Assembly (NCBI GenBank): GCA_963747235.1
Contig: CAVVEU010000015.1
Location: 32,001-96,000, forward strand
DNA: 64,000 bases
Source of the DNA: an uncultured Candidatus Rokubacteria bacterium
Lineage (GTDB): Bacteria > Methylomirabilota > Methylomirabilia > Rokubacteriales > CSP1-6
Direction: 5' to 3'
Made by a program: the position numbers and the translations under genes. The notes under the pieces are model-generated. The model was not told where the DNA came from, ran no database searches, and saw only the letters and a list, made by a program, of their open reading frames with translations. Every line of letters begins with the position of its first letter. The first letter of the stretch is position 1. Positions 1 to 10,200 of the stretch are shown piece by piece.

Positions 1-432
1 GGGGCGTAGGCCTCCTCCCAGAGCTTGAGCCCGTCACCCTGGTAGAAGCCAAGCCATCATGCCCTCGGGGTTCATCCCGAACGGGATGGTCGCGAACCAC
101 TCGACCGCGGGCTCCCTCGCCGCCCAGTAGGACGAGACGGCCATGAAGGCCTCGACCGTGCCCTTGGAGGTGGCGTCGAAGCAGCCCAACGCCGGCATGA
201 TCTGGTCGCCCGCGAAGACCTCGATCCGGAACCGCCCGCCGCTCATCTCGTCGACGATCTTCGCGAAGCGCTGGGCGGAGCCCTGGAGGACGTCGAGCGC
301 CGGGGTCCAGGCGGTGGACATCCGCCACTGGACCTTCGGCTGCGCGATGACGTTGGGGGCATCGACGATGGCACCTGCAGTTGCGGCCGCCATCATCCCG
401 CCTGCCGTCACAATGAACCTGCGTCGTTCCGT
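1..432 (-). CDS. TRAP transporter solute-binding protein (DctP/TakP-like) with Tat-type signal; runs off window start; apparent frameshift near 45
   Basis: MTERRRFIV...APNVIAQPKVQWRMSTAW, SGGRFRIEVF and FATIPFGM are typical of TakP/DctP; after a 1-nt shift the frame continues WFYQGDGLKLWEEAY. Confidence 0.85.
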
Positions 433-721
433 CATCGCGCTGCCCTCCTCACCCGGCGACGAACTGGTGGTAGGCACCTTCGGCCACGCGATCCCAGAGC
501 CCTGCCGACGCGTGCTCCTGGGCGATCACGTCGGGAGCGTCAACGATGGCGGCGGCGGGCGCGGCCGGGCGCCGGGCTTGGCCCCTCACTTGTAGCGAGC
601 GGTCCGCAGAAGTATCACCTTCACGGCACCTCGCCGGCGCGGTCAGGTTCGTGACCCGATCAGGGATGGTCGGTGTCGGTGTGGCCGGGCGAGTATATGC
701 GGCACGGCCGGACGCGTCAAT

Positions 722-3059
722 CTACCGCAGCCGGAACAACCGCATCGGCGTCTCCACGTTCTTCAGCTCGCGCACGCCCAGGTCCTCCACGAGCCAGGTC
801 GTCCCCCAGCCGCGTCCGCGTCGCCTCGCTGATCACGATCTCGCCGTCGCCCGCCTGCGCGGCCAGGCGCGCCGCGATGTTGGTGGTCATGCCGGAGGCG
901 GTGTAGGTCCAGCGCGTGCCCGCGCTGCCCTCGATCTTGGTCGCGCCCAGCAGCGCGGGGCCGGTGTTGACGCCCACGTGCATGGCCACCGGCTCGAAGC
1001 GCGCGGCCAGCTCGGCGCCGATCTCGGCGGCGCGGCGGTGGATGGCGCGCGCCGCGTCCACCGCCGCGCGGGCGTGCGGGCCCTCGTGGAAGATCACCAT
1101 GAGCCCGTCGCCCGCGGTCTCGTTCACGTCGCCGCCGTGCTTGACGATCTCGTCGAGGAAGGCGCCGAAGTAGCGCTCCACGAGGCCGGCCAGGTCGTCG
1201 GGCTGAAGGCGCGACGACAGGCGCGTGTAGCCGCTGATGTCGGCGAAGAGCACGCTGACGTCGGTCTCCTTCTTCTCGAGCGACGGCGCCTCCGGCGATT
1301 CCTCGATGAGCTGGCGCACCCGGCGCGGCACGAACTTGGCGAGGCTGCCGCGGATGAGCAGGCTGCGCTCGAGCTGCTGGGCGTAGTCCAGCACCTGGCG
1401 GTGCGCCTCCGCGTTGGCCACCGCCACCGCGGCCTGGTCGGCCAGCGCCTCCAGCATCTCCAGATCCTCGCCGGTATAGGGCGCCTCCGACCGCTTGCCG
1501 CCCAGCACCAGCAGCGCGCGCAGGCCCCCCTGGAAGCGCAGCGGCACCACCACCTCCGCGCCCAGCGCCTGGTAGGCGGCCAGGGCGGCCCCGCGGTCGC
1601 TGCCGAAGCTCGGATCGGCGGCGAGCTGGTAGCGGGAGAGCGCGCCCGGCGCGACCTCCAGGGCGGCCAGGATGTCGTGCGGAAACCCGTCCACGAGCAG
1701 GCGCGTGGATCGCACGTGCATGGCCGACTCGATGGTGGTGGTGAGGCGCCGGGTGATCTCGTCCAGATCGAGCAGGCTCGACATGGAGCGGGCCAGCGTG
1801 CGCATCGCCAGCGCGTAGTCGTGGCGCTCGCGGAAGAACGTGCGGTCCACCGCCCGCCGCACCCGCTCGCGCAGCGGGTTGAAGAGCAGCACCACCACGA
1901 ACATGAAGCCGGCCGAGAACCAGGGCGAGCGCGTGAGGTCGGTCTGGGCCAGCAGCGCGTTGGTCCCGGCCAGGAGCAGCGCGTAGGCGCCGGTGATGAG
2001 GCCGGCCAGCCCGGTGTAGATCACCGAGCGGCGGATCACCACGGTGGCGTCGAAGAGACGGTAGCGCACGGTGGCGTAGCCGATGGCCGCCGGGTAGAGC
2101 AGCATGAGGGCCGAGCCCACCTGCGGATCGAACGGGCTCTGGTAGAGCTGCTGCAGCGGCCAGAGCATGAGGCAGAGCCAGGCGCCGAGCCCCATCCCGA
2201 TGCCCAGCAGCAGCACGGTGGTCTGCTGGTTGACGAGCGGCGAGGCGGCGCGCCGGCGCGTGTCGAGCAGCGCGCCGATCTTGATCGGGAAGGACAGCGT
2301 GCTGAGCACCGAGAGCACGGCGGCGGAGGCCGGATAGACCCAGCCGTTCACCAGGAGCGCCGGCGCGAAAGCCCGGATCAGGATGAACGAGAGCGCGCTC
2401 GCCAGCCCGAGCGCCACCGCCACGCGGTAGAGGCGCGGGATCACGCGGTGGCGCTCGAGCCACCGCGCGCGGTCGGCATTGGCCGGGTACGTGAGGAAGA
2501 ACACCCAGCCGTGGATGGAGAGCAGCGGGGCCAGGAGCCCGACCAGGGCCGCCGCGTACGGGCGCGCGCCCAGCACCGCCTCGGGCACCGCGACGTTGGA
2601 GACGGCCCAGAGGCACATATAGAGGAGGAAGCGGCGGTTGGGCGCCGCGGCGGGGTTCTGCACGAAGACCGCCGCGCCCACGATCAGCATGAGGGCCGAG
2701 ACGAGGAAGTAGACCCCGAAGTGGTCCACCAGCCGGCTCCAGGTCAAGGTGCGCGGCGCCAGCTCCACGGAGAGCCGGCGCCCGGCGCGCTCCACCTCGT
2801 AGCGGATGGGCCCGGCGGCGGCGCGCACGCGCGCGGCCAGGGTGAGCGGCGAGTCGCCCTCCACCGCGACCAGCCGATCGCCCGCGCGCAGGCCCGCCGC
2901 GCGCGCGGCGGACTCGACGGGGACGACGTAGTAGTCGGGCGTGGCGAAGAAGCCCGGATAGGGGCGGCCGGCCTCCAGGGCGAGGCCGCCCAGCAGCCCC
3001 AGCAGCACCGCGAGGCTCACCGCGACGAGGAGCGTGGATCGCAGGTCCCACCGCGCCAT
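722..3059 (-). CDS. Membrane adenylate/guanylate cyclase (PDZ-like + multi-TM + GAF + class III cyclase); C-terminal frameshift near 790
   Basis: AARAAGLRAGDRLVAVEG (PDZ-like), several TM helices, GAF-like segment, cyclase motifs VLFADISGYTRLS, AGDGLMVIF, HVGVNTG, NIAARL; shifted frame ends RELKNVETPMRLFRLR-stop. Confidence 0.88.
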
Positions 3060-3083
3060 GCGAGTACTCTATACTGCGAATCC
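3060..3083. promoter_or_regulatory. Candidate bidirectional leaderless promoter with overlapping -10 hexamers
   Basis: 24-bp gap between divergent starts; TATACT (+, 3070-3075) lies 8 nt before GTG 3084 and TAGAGT (-) lies 6 nt before ATG 3059; no Shine-Dalgarno on either side. Confidence 0.6.
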
Positions 3084-5184
3084 GTGACCGACCTCAGCGC
3101 TGTCTTCCGGCCTCGCGCCATCGCGGTCGTGGGCGCCTCCGATGATCCCGTCAAGATCGGTGGCCGGCCGCTCGCCTTCCTGCTGCGCCACGGCTACGCG
3201 GGGCGCGTGTTCCCGGTCAATCCCGCGCGCGCCACCGTGCAGGGCCTGCCCGCGTTCCCCTCGATCGGCGCGATCCCGGAGGAGGTGGACCTGGCCATCG
3301 TGGTGGTGCCCGCCGAGCGCGTGCTCGAATCGCTCGAGGAGGCCGCGGCCAAGGGCGTGCGCGCGGCCATCGTGTTCAGCAGCGGCTTCGCGGAGGTCGG
3401 CGAGGCCGGGCGCGTCGCGCAGGCGCGGCTGCGCGAGCTGGCCGAGCGCACCGGCCTTCGCATCATCGGACCCAACTGCCAGGGCTTCGCCCACCTGCCC
3501 TCGCGCCTGGTCGCCACGTTCGCCTCGCCGTTCCTCGAGCCCGGCCTCGCCATCGGGCCCATCGCGATGGTGAGCCAGAGCGGGGCCATGGCCGGGATGA
3601 TCTACGAGATGGCGCGCGCGGCCGGGCTCGGCCTCAACTACTGGGTCAGCACCGGCAACGAGGCCGACGTGCAGGCGGCCGAGATCCTGGCCGAGGTGGT
3701 CGAGGACGAGGAGACGCGCGTGGCCTGCTGCTACATGGAGGACATCAAGGACGCGGGGCGCTTCCGCCGGGCGCTGGCGCGCGCCCATCGCCGGGGCGTG
3801 CCGGTCTTCGTGCTGAAGTCGGGCCGCAGCGCGGTGGGCCGGCGCGCGGCGTCCTCGCACACCGGCGCGCTCGCGGGCGAGGACGCGGTCTACGACGCGG
3901 TCTTCGCCGACTGGGGCGCGATCCGCTGCGCCGATCCGGCCGAGCTGCTGGCGCTGCCGCAGGCCTTCCTGCGCTACCGCGAGGCCGGACGCCGCGTGGC
4001 CATCCTCTCCAACTCGGGCGGCCTCGGCGTGCTCTCGGTGGATCTCTGCGTGGATCTGGGGCTCGTGCCGTCGGAGTTCACGCCGGAGACGACCGCGGTG
4101 CTGCGCGGGGCGCTGCCGGACTTCGCGGCCGCCGCCAATCCGGTGGATCTCACCGCGCAGATGCTCACCGACCCCGGCATGCTCATGCGCGTGCTGCCCG
4201 CGCTCGAGGCCGACCCCGGCGTGGACGCCATCGTGTTCCAGATCGCCCTGCTCGGCGCCGCGACGGATCTGGGCCGACTGGTCGGCGATGTCGCCACGGT
4301 GGCCCGCGCCACCCGCAAGGTCGTCGCGGTGAGCTGCCCGCAGCGCCCGGTGGTGGACGCGTTCCGGGCGGGCGGCGTGCTCGCCTTCGACGACGCCAGC
4401 GTGGCGCTCCGCTCGCTCGCGTGCCTGGCCCACGCGACCGTACGCCGCGCGCGCTGGCTCGATCGCGCGACGCTCGAGGCGCCCCCGCCGCCGCGCGGCC
4501 CCCGCGGTGCCGGCCGGCCGCCCCGGCGAGCCGTTCCTCAACGAGTGGCAGAGCCAGCAACTGCTCGCGCCCTTCGGGCTGCCGCTGGTGGACACCGTCT
4601 TCGTCACTCGCGCCAGCGCCGCGCCCGACGCGGCCGAGCAGCTCGGCTACCCGGTGGTGGTGAAGGCCTGCGCCGCCGCCCTGCCCCACAAGTCGGACGT
4701 GGGCGGCGTGGCCCTCGGGCTCTCGGACCGCGCCGCGGTCGCGGAGGCGTGCCGGCGCATCGAGGCCAACGTGCGCGCCGCGGCGCCGGGCGTCGCCCTC
4801 GACGGCTTCCTGATCCAGCGCCAGGCCCGGGGCGCGCTCGAGCTGGCGCTCGGCGTGAAGGTGGATCCCGTCTTCGGCCCGGTGGTGCTGGTGGGCTCGG
4901 GCGGCGTCCTCATCGAGGTGCTGCGCGATTTCCGGCTGCTGCTGCCGCCGATCGACGCGACCGCCGCCGAGGAGGCGCTGCGCGGCCTGCGCATCGGCCC
5001 GCTCTGGGACGGCGTGCGCGGCGGCGCGCCGCTGGACCTGCCCGCGGCCGTCGAGCTGCTGCAACGCCTGGGCGAGGCCGCGCGGGCCCTCGGCGCCGCG
5101 ATCAGCGAGATCGACCTGAATCCGGTCCTGGTGGGCCGCCGCGGCGAGGGCGTCACGATCCTCGACGCCCTCGTCCGCCGCTAG
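3084..5184 (+). CDS. Acetate-CoA ligase (ADP-forming)-family acyl-CoA synthetase; frameshift near 4505
   Basis: FRPRAIAVVGASDDPVKIGG, IIGPNCQG, VSQSGAM, AASSHTGALAG, SNSGG, NPVDLT, then ATP-grasp GYPVVVK/HKSDVGGV/DPVFGPV/EIDLNP in the next frame. Confidence 0.9.
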
Positions 5185-5202
5185 CAGGGCGACGCTAGCG
5201 CG

Positions 5203-5610
5203 TCAGGCGAGGACCGCGGCGCCCGCGGCCGCGCACTCCTGGTCCTGCTCGCCGGTGCCGCCGCCGCAGCCGATGGCGCCGATCACGCGGCCCTTCACGA
5301 CGATCGGCACCGCGCCGTGGCTGGCCAGGAGCTGGCCGGGGACCGCGCTGCCCACCTGGGCCCAGAACGGCGAGCCCTTCTGCACGCGGTCGGCGAGATC
5401 GGCGGTGGACATGCGGAAGTTCGCGGCGGCCATCGCCTTGGCCCGCGAGGTCTCGGGCGTGAAGAACCCGGTGCCGTCGCCGCGCGAGCACAGCACCAGC
5501 CGTCCCGCCTCGTCCACCACCGTGATCGTCATCGGGGTGCCGAGGGCATTGGCCTTCTCCCGCGCCGCGCGCGTCGCGCGCTCGGCCATCTCCAGCGTGA
5601 GCTCGATCAT
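5203..5610 (-). CDS. GlcG/HbpS-family heme-binding protein
   Basis: ITVVDEAGRLV..RGDG, SRAKAMAA, GAVPIVVKGRVIGAIGCGGGTGEQDQECA. Confidence 0.85.
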   Translation of the reverse strand: MIELTLEMAERATRAAREKANALGTPMTITVVDEAGRLVLCSRGDGTGFFTPETSRAKAMAAANFRMSTADLADRVQKGSPFWAQVGSAVPGQLLASHGAVPIVVKGRVIGAIGCGGGTGEQDQECAAAGAAVLA

Positions 5611-5946
5611 TGCCGCCACCTTTCTCGAAGCGCCTCCCGGGATCCTGCGATCGCGCCCGCATTGAAGCCCGGCGGCCGCGCGGTGTCAACGGCTCCCGGA
5701 GTGACAAATCCGGGGAGCGGATTACCCAGTCCTGCCGGGAAAGACTATAGGTGGGGCCCCCGCCCGCGTCCTATCACAGGGAAAGTGCTTGAAACAATGA
5801 CGCTCGGTATCCTATGCTCGCGGGTGGCGCGCGGTGGCACTGGCCTTGCTCCCTTGGTGCCGGGCGCACCGGCCTCGGCCAGCGAGCCCATGAGCGACGC
5901 CAGCCACAACTCGAGGGGGACACGGAACGTGCGTTTCGGATCCGGG

Positions 5947-6933
5947 ATGCGACAGGCAGCGCTGCTGTTGGCGGTATCGGCCCTGGCCATGGGCGGCTGT
6001 GGCACGCTCTCGGGCGGGTTGCGCAGCGAGTCCATGATGGCCGCGACCGCGTCCACCACCGATCCGGACAATCCGACCGCCGCGGCCCTCGCCCCCGAGC
6101 ACCAGCCGACCGGCGTCGTGGTCGAGCCCCGCGCGGGCGAGCAGGCCATGGCCGCGACGGTGGCGTTCCGGCCGGCCTCCTTCGAGCTGATCCAGCCCGG
6201 GTCGCAGCCCTCCTACATGGTCGCCTCGGTGGGGCCGCTGATGGTCGCCCAGGCGCCCACGCTGCTGTCCCAGGCGCGCGCCGCCGATCCGGTCGTGCCC
6301 GCCGAGGGCATCCTCGAGGAGTACGACCCGTGGGAGCCGTTCAACGAGAAGATGTTCACGTTCAACTACAACCTGGACCGCTACGTGCTCAAGCCGGTGG
6401 CGAAGGGCTACAACTTCGTGATGCCGGATCGCCTGCAGCAGATGATCGACAGCGGCTTCGACAACCTGCTGGTCGTCCAGCGCGTCGTCAATAACCTGCT
6501 GCAGGGGCGCCCGCTGGGCGCGACCGCCGAGGTGGGCCGCTTCCTGATCAACAGCACGGTCGGCATCGGCGGCCTCTTCGACATCGCCAAGCAGGAGTTC
6601 AACCTGCAGAAGACGCGCGCCGACTTCGGCCAGACCCTCGGCATCTGGGGCATCGGGCCCGGGCCCTTCCTGGTCCTGCCGCTCCTGCCGCCGCTCACCG
6701 TGCGCGACGGCATCGGCACCGCGGTGGACGGGGCCATGGACCCGCTGAGCTACGTGCTGCCGTTCATCTGGACGCGGCTCGGCATGAAGGTCGGCAGCAT
6801 GATCAACGACCGGTCGCTCAACCTGGATCTGTACCAGGGCTTCGAGGAGACCACGGTCGACCTCTACAGCGCGGTGCGGAACGGCTACCTGCAGCGCCGC
6901 GAAAACATGATCAAGAGCCCGTCCCCGTATTGA
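5947..6933 (+). CDS. mlaA: VacJ/MlaA-family outer-membrane lipoprotein with N-terminal extension
   Basis: Lipobox-like LAMGGC; YDPWEPFNEKMFTFNYNLDRYVLKPVA, RFLINSTVGIGGLFDIA, DFGQTLG.WGIGPGP. Confidence 0.88.
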   Translation: MRQAALLLAVSALAMGGCGTLSGGLRSESMMAATASTTDPDNPTAAALAPEHQPTGVVVEPRAGEQAMAATVAFRPASFELIQPGSQPSYMVASVGPLMVAQAPTLLSQARAADPVVPAEGILEEYDPWEPFNEKMFTFNYNLDRYVLKPVAKGYNFVMPDRLQQMIDSGFDNLLVVQRVVNNLLQGRPLGATAEVGRFLINSTVGIGGLFDIAKQEFNLQKTRADFGQTLGIWGIGPGPFLVLPLLPPLTVRDGIGTAVDGAMDPLSYVLPFIWTRLGMKVGSMINDRSLNLDLYQGFEETTVDLYSAVRNGYLQRRENMIKSPSPY

Positions 6934-7053
6934 AGTAGAACGATCTTGAAGTAGTCTTGGATTAGACACACCGGCAGTCGCCCCCGCCGCACGATCCCCG
7001 CAGTCCTCCCCGCCGCTGACGCGATGCAGTGCAACTCCTGCAGTCTTTTTTTG

Positions 7054-7083
7054 TTGACAGGGTTCGACGGCACGCAATATGTT
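7054..7083 (+). promoter_or_regulatory. Sigma70-type promoter of nrdJ
   Basis: TTGACA (7054-7059), 18-bp spacer, TATGTT (7078-7083), preceded by a T-rich UP-like tract. Confidence 0.6.
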
Positions 7084-7119
7084 GGGGTCCGCTTGACTGA
7101 GATACACCACCTATATGCA
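7072..7119 (+). promoter_or_regulatory. Tandem NrdR boxes overlapping the nrdJ -10 element
   Basis: ACGCAATATGTTGGGG (7072-7087) matches consensus acaCwAtATaTwGtgt; a weaker ACACCACCTATATGCA starts 32 bp later, the typical tandem spacing. Confidence 0.7.
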
Positions 7120-7256
7120 TACGAGTTCACAGAGAGCAGCTCAGAACGACGCCCTCGCGGCGCCCCTACCCACCTTCCCTTTTCCTGTCTGAAGTAGGCC
7201 GCATCCATGGATCGAGCAAGGTCGTGCTTTGGCCAGTTTTCTTTTAGGAGGAGCTC

Positions 7257-10200
7257 ATGAGAGTCGCCCGTCGGTTCACCAGAGAAGGCCAGAGTCCGTA
7301 CGCGGGCATTCAGTTCGACCAGCGAGTGTCGGAGATCAAGAACCCCGACGGCTCCACGGTCTTCCGCCAGGACGGGATCTCGGTGCCGGCCGGGTGGTCC
7401 GCGGTGGCCACGGACATCCTCGCCCAGAAATACTTCCGGAAGTCCGGCGTGCCGCAGTACGCCCCGGACGGCAAGCCCCTGCTGGACCGCGAGGGCCGGC
7501 CGGTCCTGGGCGGCGAGCGGGATGCCCGGCAGGTCTTCCACCGGCTGGCCGGCTGCTGGATGCACTGGGGCGAGAAGTACGGCTACTTCGACACGCCCTC
7601 TGACGCGCGGGCCTTCTACGACGAGCTCTGCTACATGCTGGCGTCCCAGGTCGCGGCCCCGAACTCGCCGCAATGGTTCAATACCGGGCTGCACTACGCC
7701 TACGGGCTCTCCGGCCCGGCCCAGGGCCACCATTACGTGGATCCGGACACCGGCATCCTCACGCGGGCCAGCTCCGCCTACGAGCGGCCGCAGCCGCACG
7801 CCTGCCAGCCCTACCACGCGCTGGTCTCGACGCCCGAGGGCCCGATGCCGATCGGGCAGATCGTGACCAAGAACCAGGTCGGCCTCGAGGTCTACGACGG
7901 CCGCGACGAGGGCATCGGCACGACCCGGGTGGTGGCGGTCAAGGAGAACGGCGAGAGGGCGGTCTTCCGCATCGAGCTGCGCAACGGCGTGGCGGTCGAG
8001 GCCACCGGCGACCACCTGGTGTACGCGATCGCCAACGGGGTGGGCGCCTGGCGCCGGGTGGACGAGGTGGAGCCGGGCGCGGCCCTGCGCCTGTCCACGC
8101 GGACCGACGTGCGCCGGGACTCGTACCACACCGAGGTGGACGAGGCGGCGCTGGTCGGGTGGCTGCAGGCCGACGGCTTCGTGGGCCAGGACGGCCTCAG
8201 CACCGACCACAGCCTGGCCGTCGAGTTCACCACCATCGACAAGGACGAGCTCGACTTCATCGTCGAGCGGGTCCACCGCGTCTTCGATGGCGTGCACTAC
8301 CACGTCCGCTCCATGGAGACGCGCACCCCGGGGCTCGACATCCACCGGATCCGCCTCTACGGCGAGCCGCTGCGGCCCTTCGTGGACAAGTACGGCCTGC
8401 TCCGCTCGAGCGCCGACCACGCGGTACCGGCCATGATCCTGCGGGCCGGCCGCGACGCGCAGGCCGCGTACCTGCGCGCCCTCTTCCAGGCCCAGGGCAC
8501 GGTGCGCCTGCGGTCGTACTGGGCCCGCCAGGCCGACATCGCGCTCACCACCATCTCGGCCACACTCGCCCACGGGGTGCAGGCCCTCCTGCTCAACATG
8601 GGCATCTACGCCAAGCTCGGGCGGGGCGCCGAGACCCGGGAGAGCCGTCGCACGCCCTACATCATCTCGATCGTCCACGCGGAATCGCGGGCGCGCTTCC
8701 GGGACCTGATCGGCTTCATCTCCGACGACAAGCGCGAGCAGCTCGACACCGCCTGCTCCGACCAGTTCGCGGGCAAGAAGCTGCCCGCCCTGCGGGACGA
8801 GACGGTGGTGCGGGTGGAGTGCGTGGGCGTGCAGCCGGTGTTCGACATCCAGACCGAGAGCGGGCAGTACCTCTCCAACAACGTCATCGTCCACAACTGC
8901 TTCATCCAGTCCGTCTCCGACGACCTGGTCAACGACGGCGGCATCATGGACCTCTGGACCCGCGAGGCCCGCATCTTCAAGTACGGCTCGGGCAGCGGGA
9001 CCAACTTCTCCAACCTGCGCGGCGCGAACGAGCCGCTCTCGGGCGGCGGCAAGTCCTCCGGCCTGATGTCGTTCCTCCGGATCGGCGACCGCGCGGCGGG
9101 CGCCATCAAGTCGGGCGGGACGACCCGGCGGGCCGCCAAGATGGTGATCCTCAACCTCGACCACCCGGACATCCTGACCTTCATCCGGTGGAAGGTGGTG
9201 GAGGAGCAGAAGGTGGCGGCGCTGGTCAGCGGCTCGCGCATGACCAAGCGGCGGCTCCAGGCGGTGCTGTCCGCGGTGCGCACCCCCACGGGCGTCGAGG
9301 CCGACCCGCGCCAGAACCCGGCGCTGCGCTCGGCGGTGCGCGAGGCGCGCGCGGCCCTCGTGCCCGAGGGCTACATCCAGCGCGTGCTGCTCCTGGCCGC
9401 CCAGGGCGTGCGCGAGATCCACTTCCCGGAATACGACACCGACTGGGACAGCGAGGCCTACTACACGGTCTCCGGCCAGAACTCCAACAACAGCGTGCGC
9501 GTGCCCAACGCCTTCTTCGACGTGCTCGCGCGCCGAGGCCAGTGGGAGCTCAAGCGCCGCACCGACGGCAAGAGCGCGGGCGCGGTGCCCGCCGAGCAGC
9601 TCTGGGACGAGATCGCGCACGCGGCCTGGGCCTGCGCCGATCCCGGCGTGCAGTACGACACCACGATCAACGAGTGGCACACCTGCCCCGAGGACGGGCG
9701 CATCAACGCCAGCAACCCGTGCGTGACCGGCGAGACCCTGGTCGCCACCGCGGAAGGCTGGCAGCGCATCGACGCCCTGGTGGGCAAGACCGCGCGCATC
9801 ATCGGCTCGGACGGCCAGCCACACCTGGTGACCCGCATCTTCCCAACCGGCCACAAGCCGGTGTTCGATCTCCGGACGCGCCTCGGGTACCGGGTGCGCA
9901 TCACCGGCGATCACAAGGTCCTCACGGTGGGCCGCGGCGACGTGGCGGTGGCCGACCTCACGGCGGGCAACCGCCTCATGCTGCGGGGGCCGGGCTTCGG
10001 CCGGCGCGCCCTCGCCACCGAGCTGGCCCTGGGGGTCGGCGTGGCGGTGGCGGAAGGCTATCTCACGCAGTCGGTCGTCCAGGGCCGCGCGCAGGAGTCG
10101 CTCGTGCTCACCACCGACGCCGGCGAATCGCCGGTGCTGGCCGCGGTCGCGGAGGCGGTCCACGCCGGCCGCGCCGCGCTCCAGGCGGTGGGTGGGCTCG

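Noticed and set aside
4490-4520. Programmed frameshift in the CoA ligase linker
   Set aside because: No slippery heptamer, and the window-wide indel rate explains it
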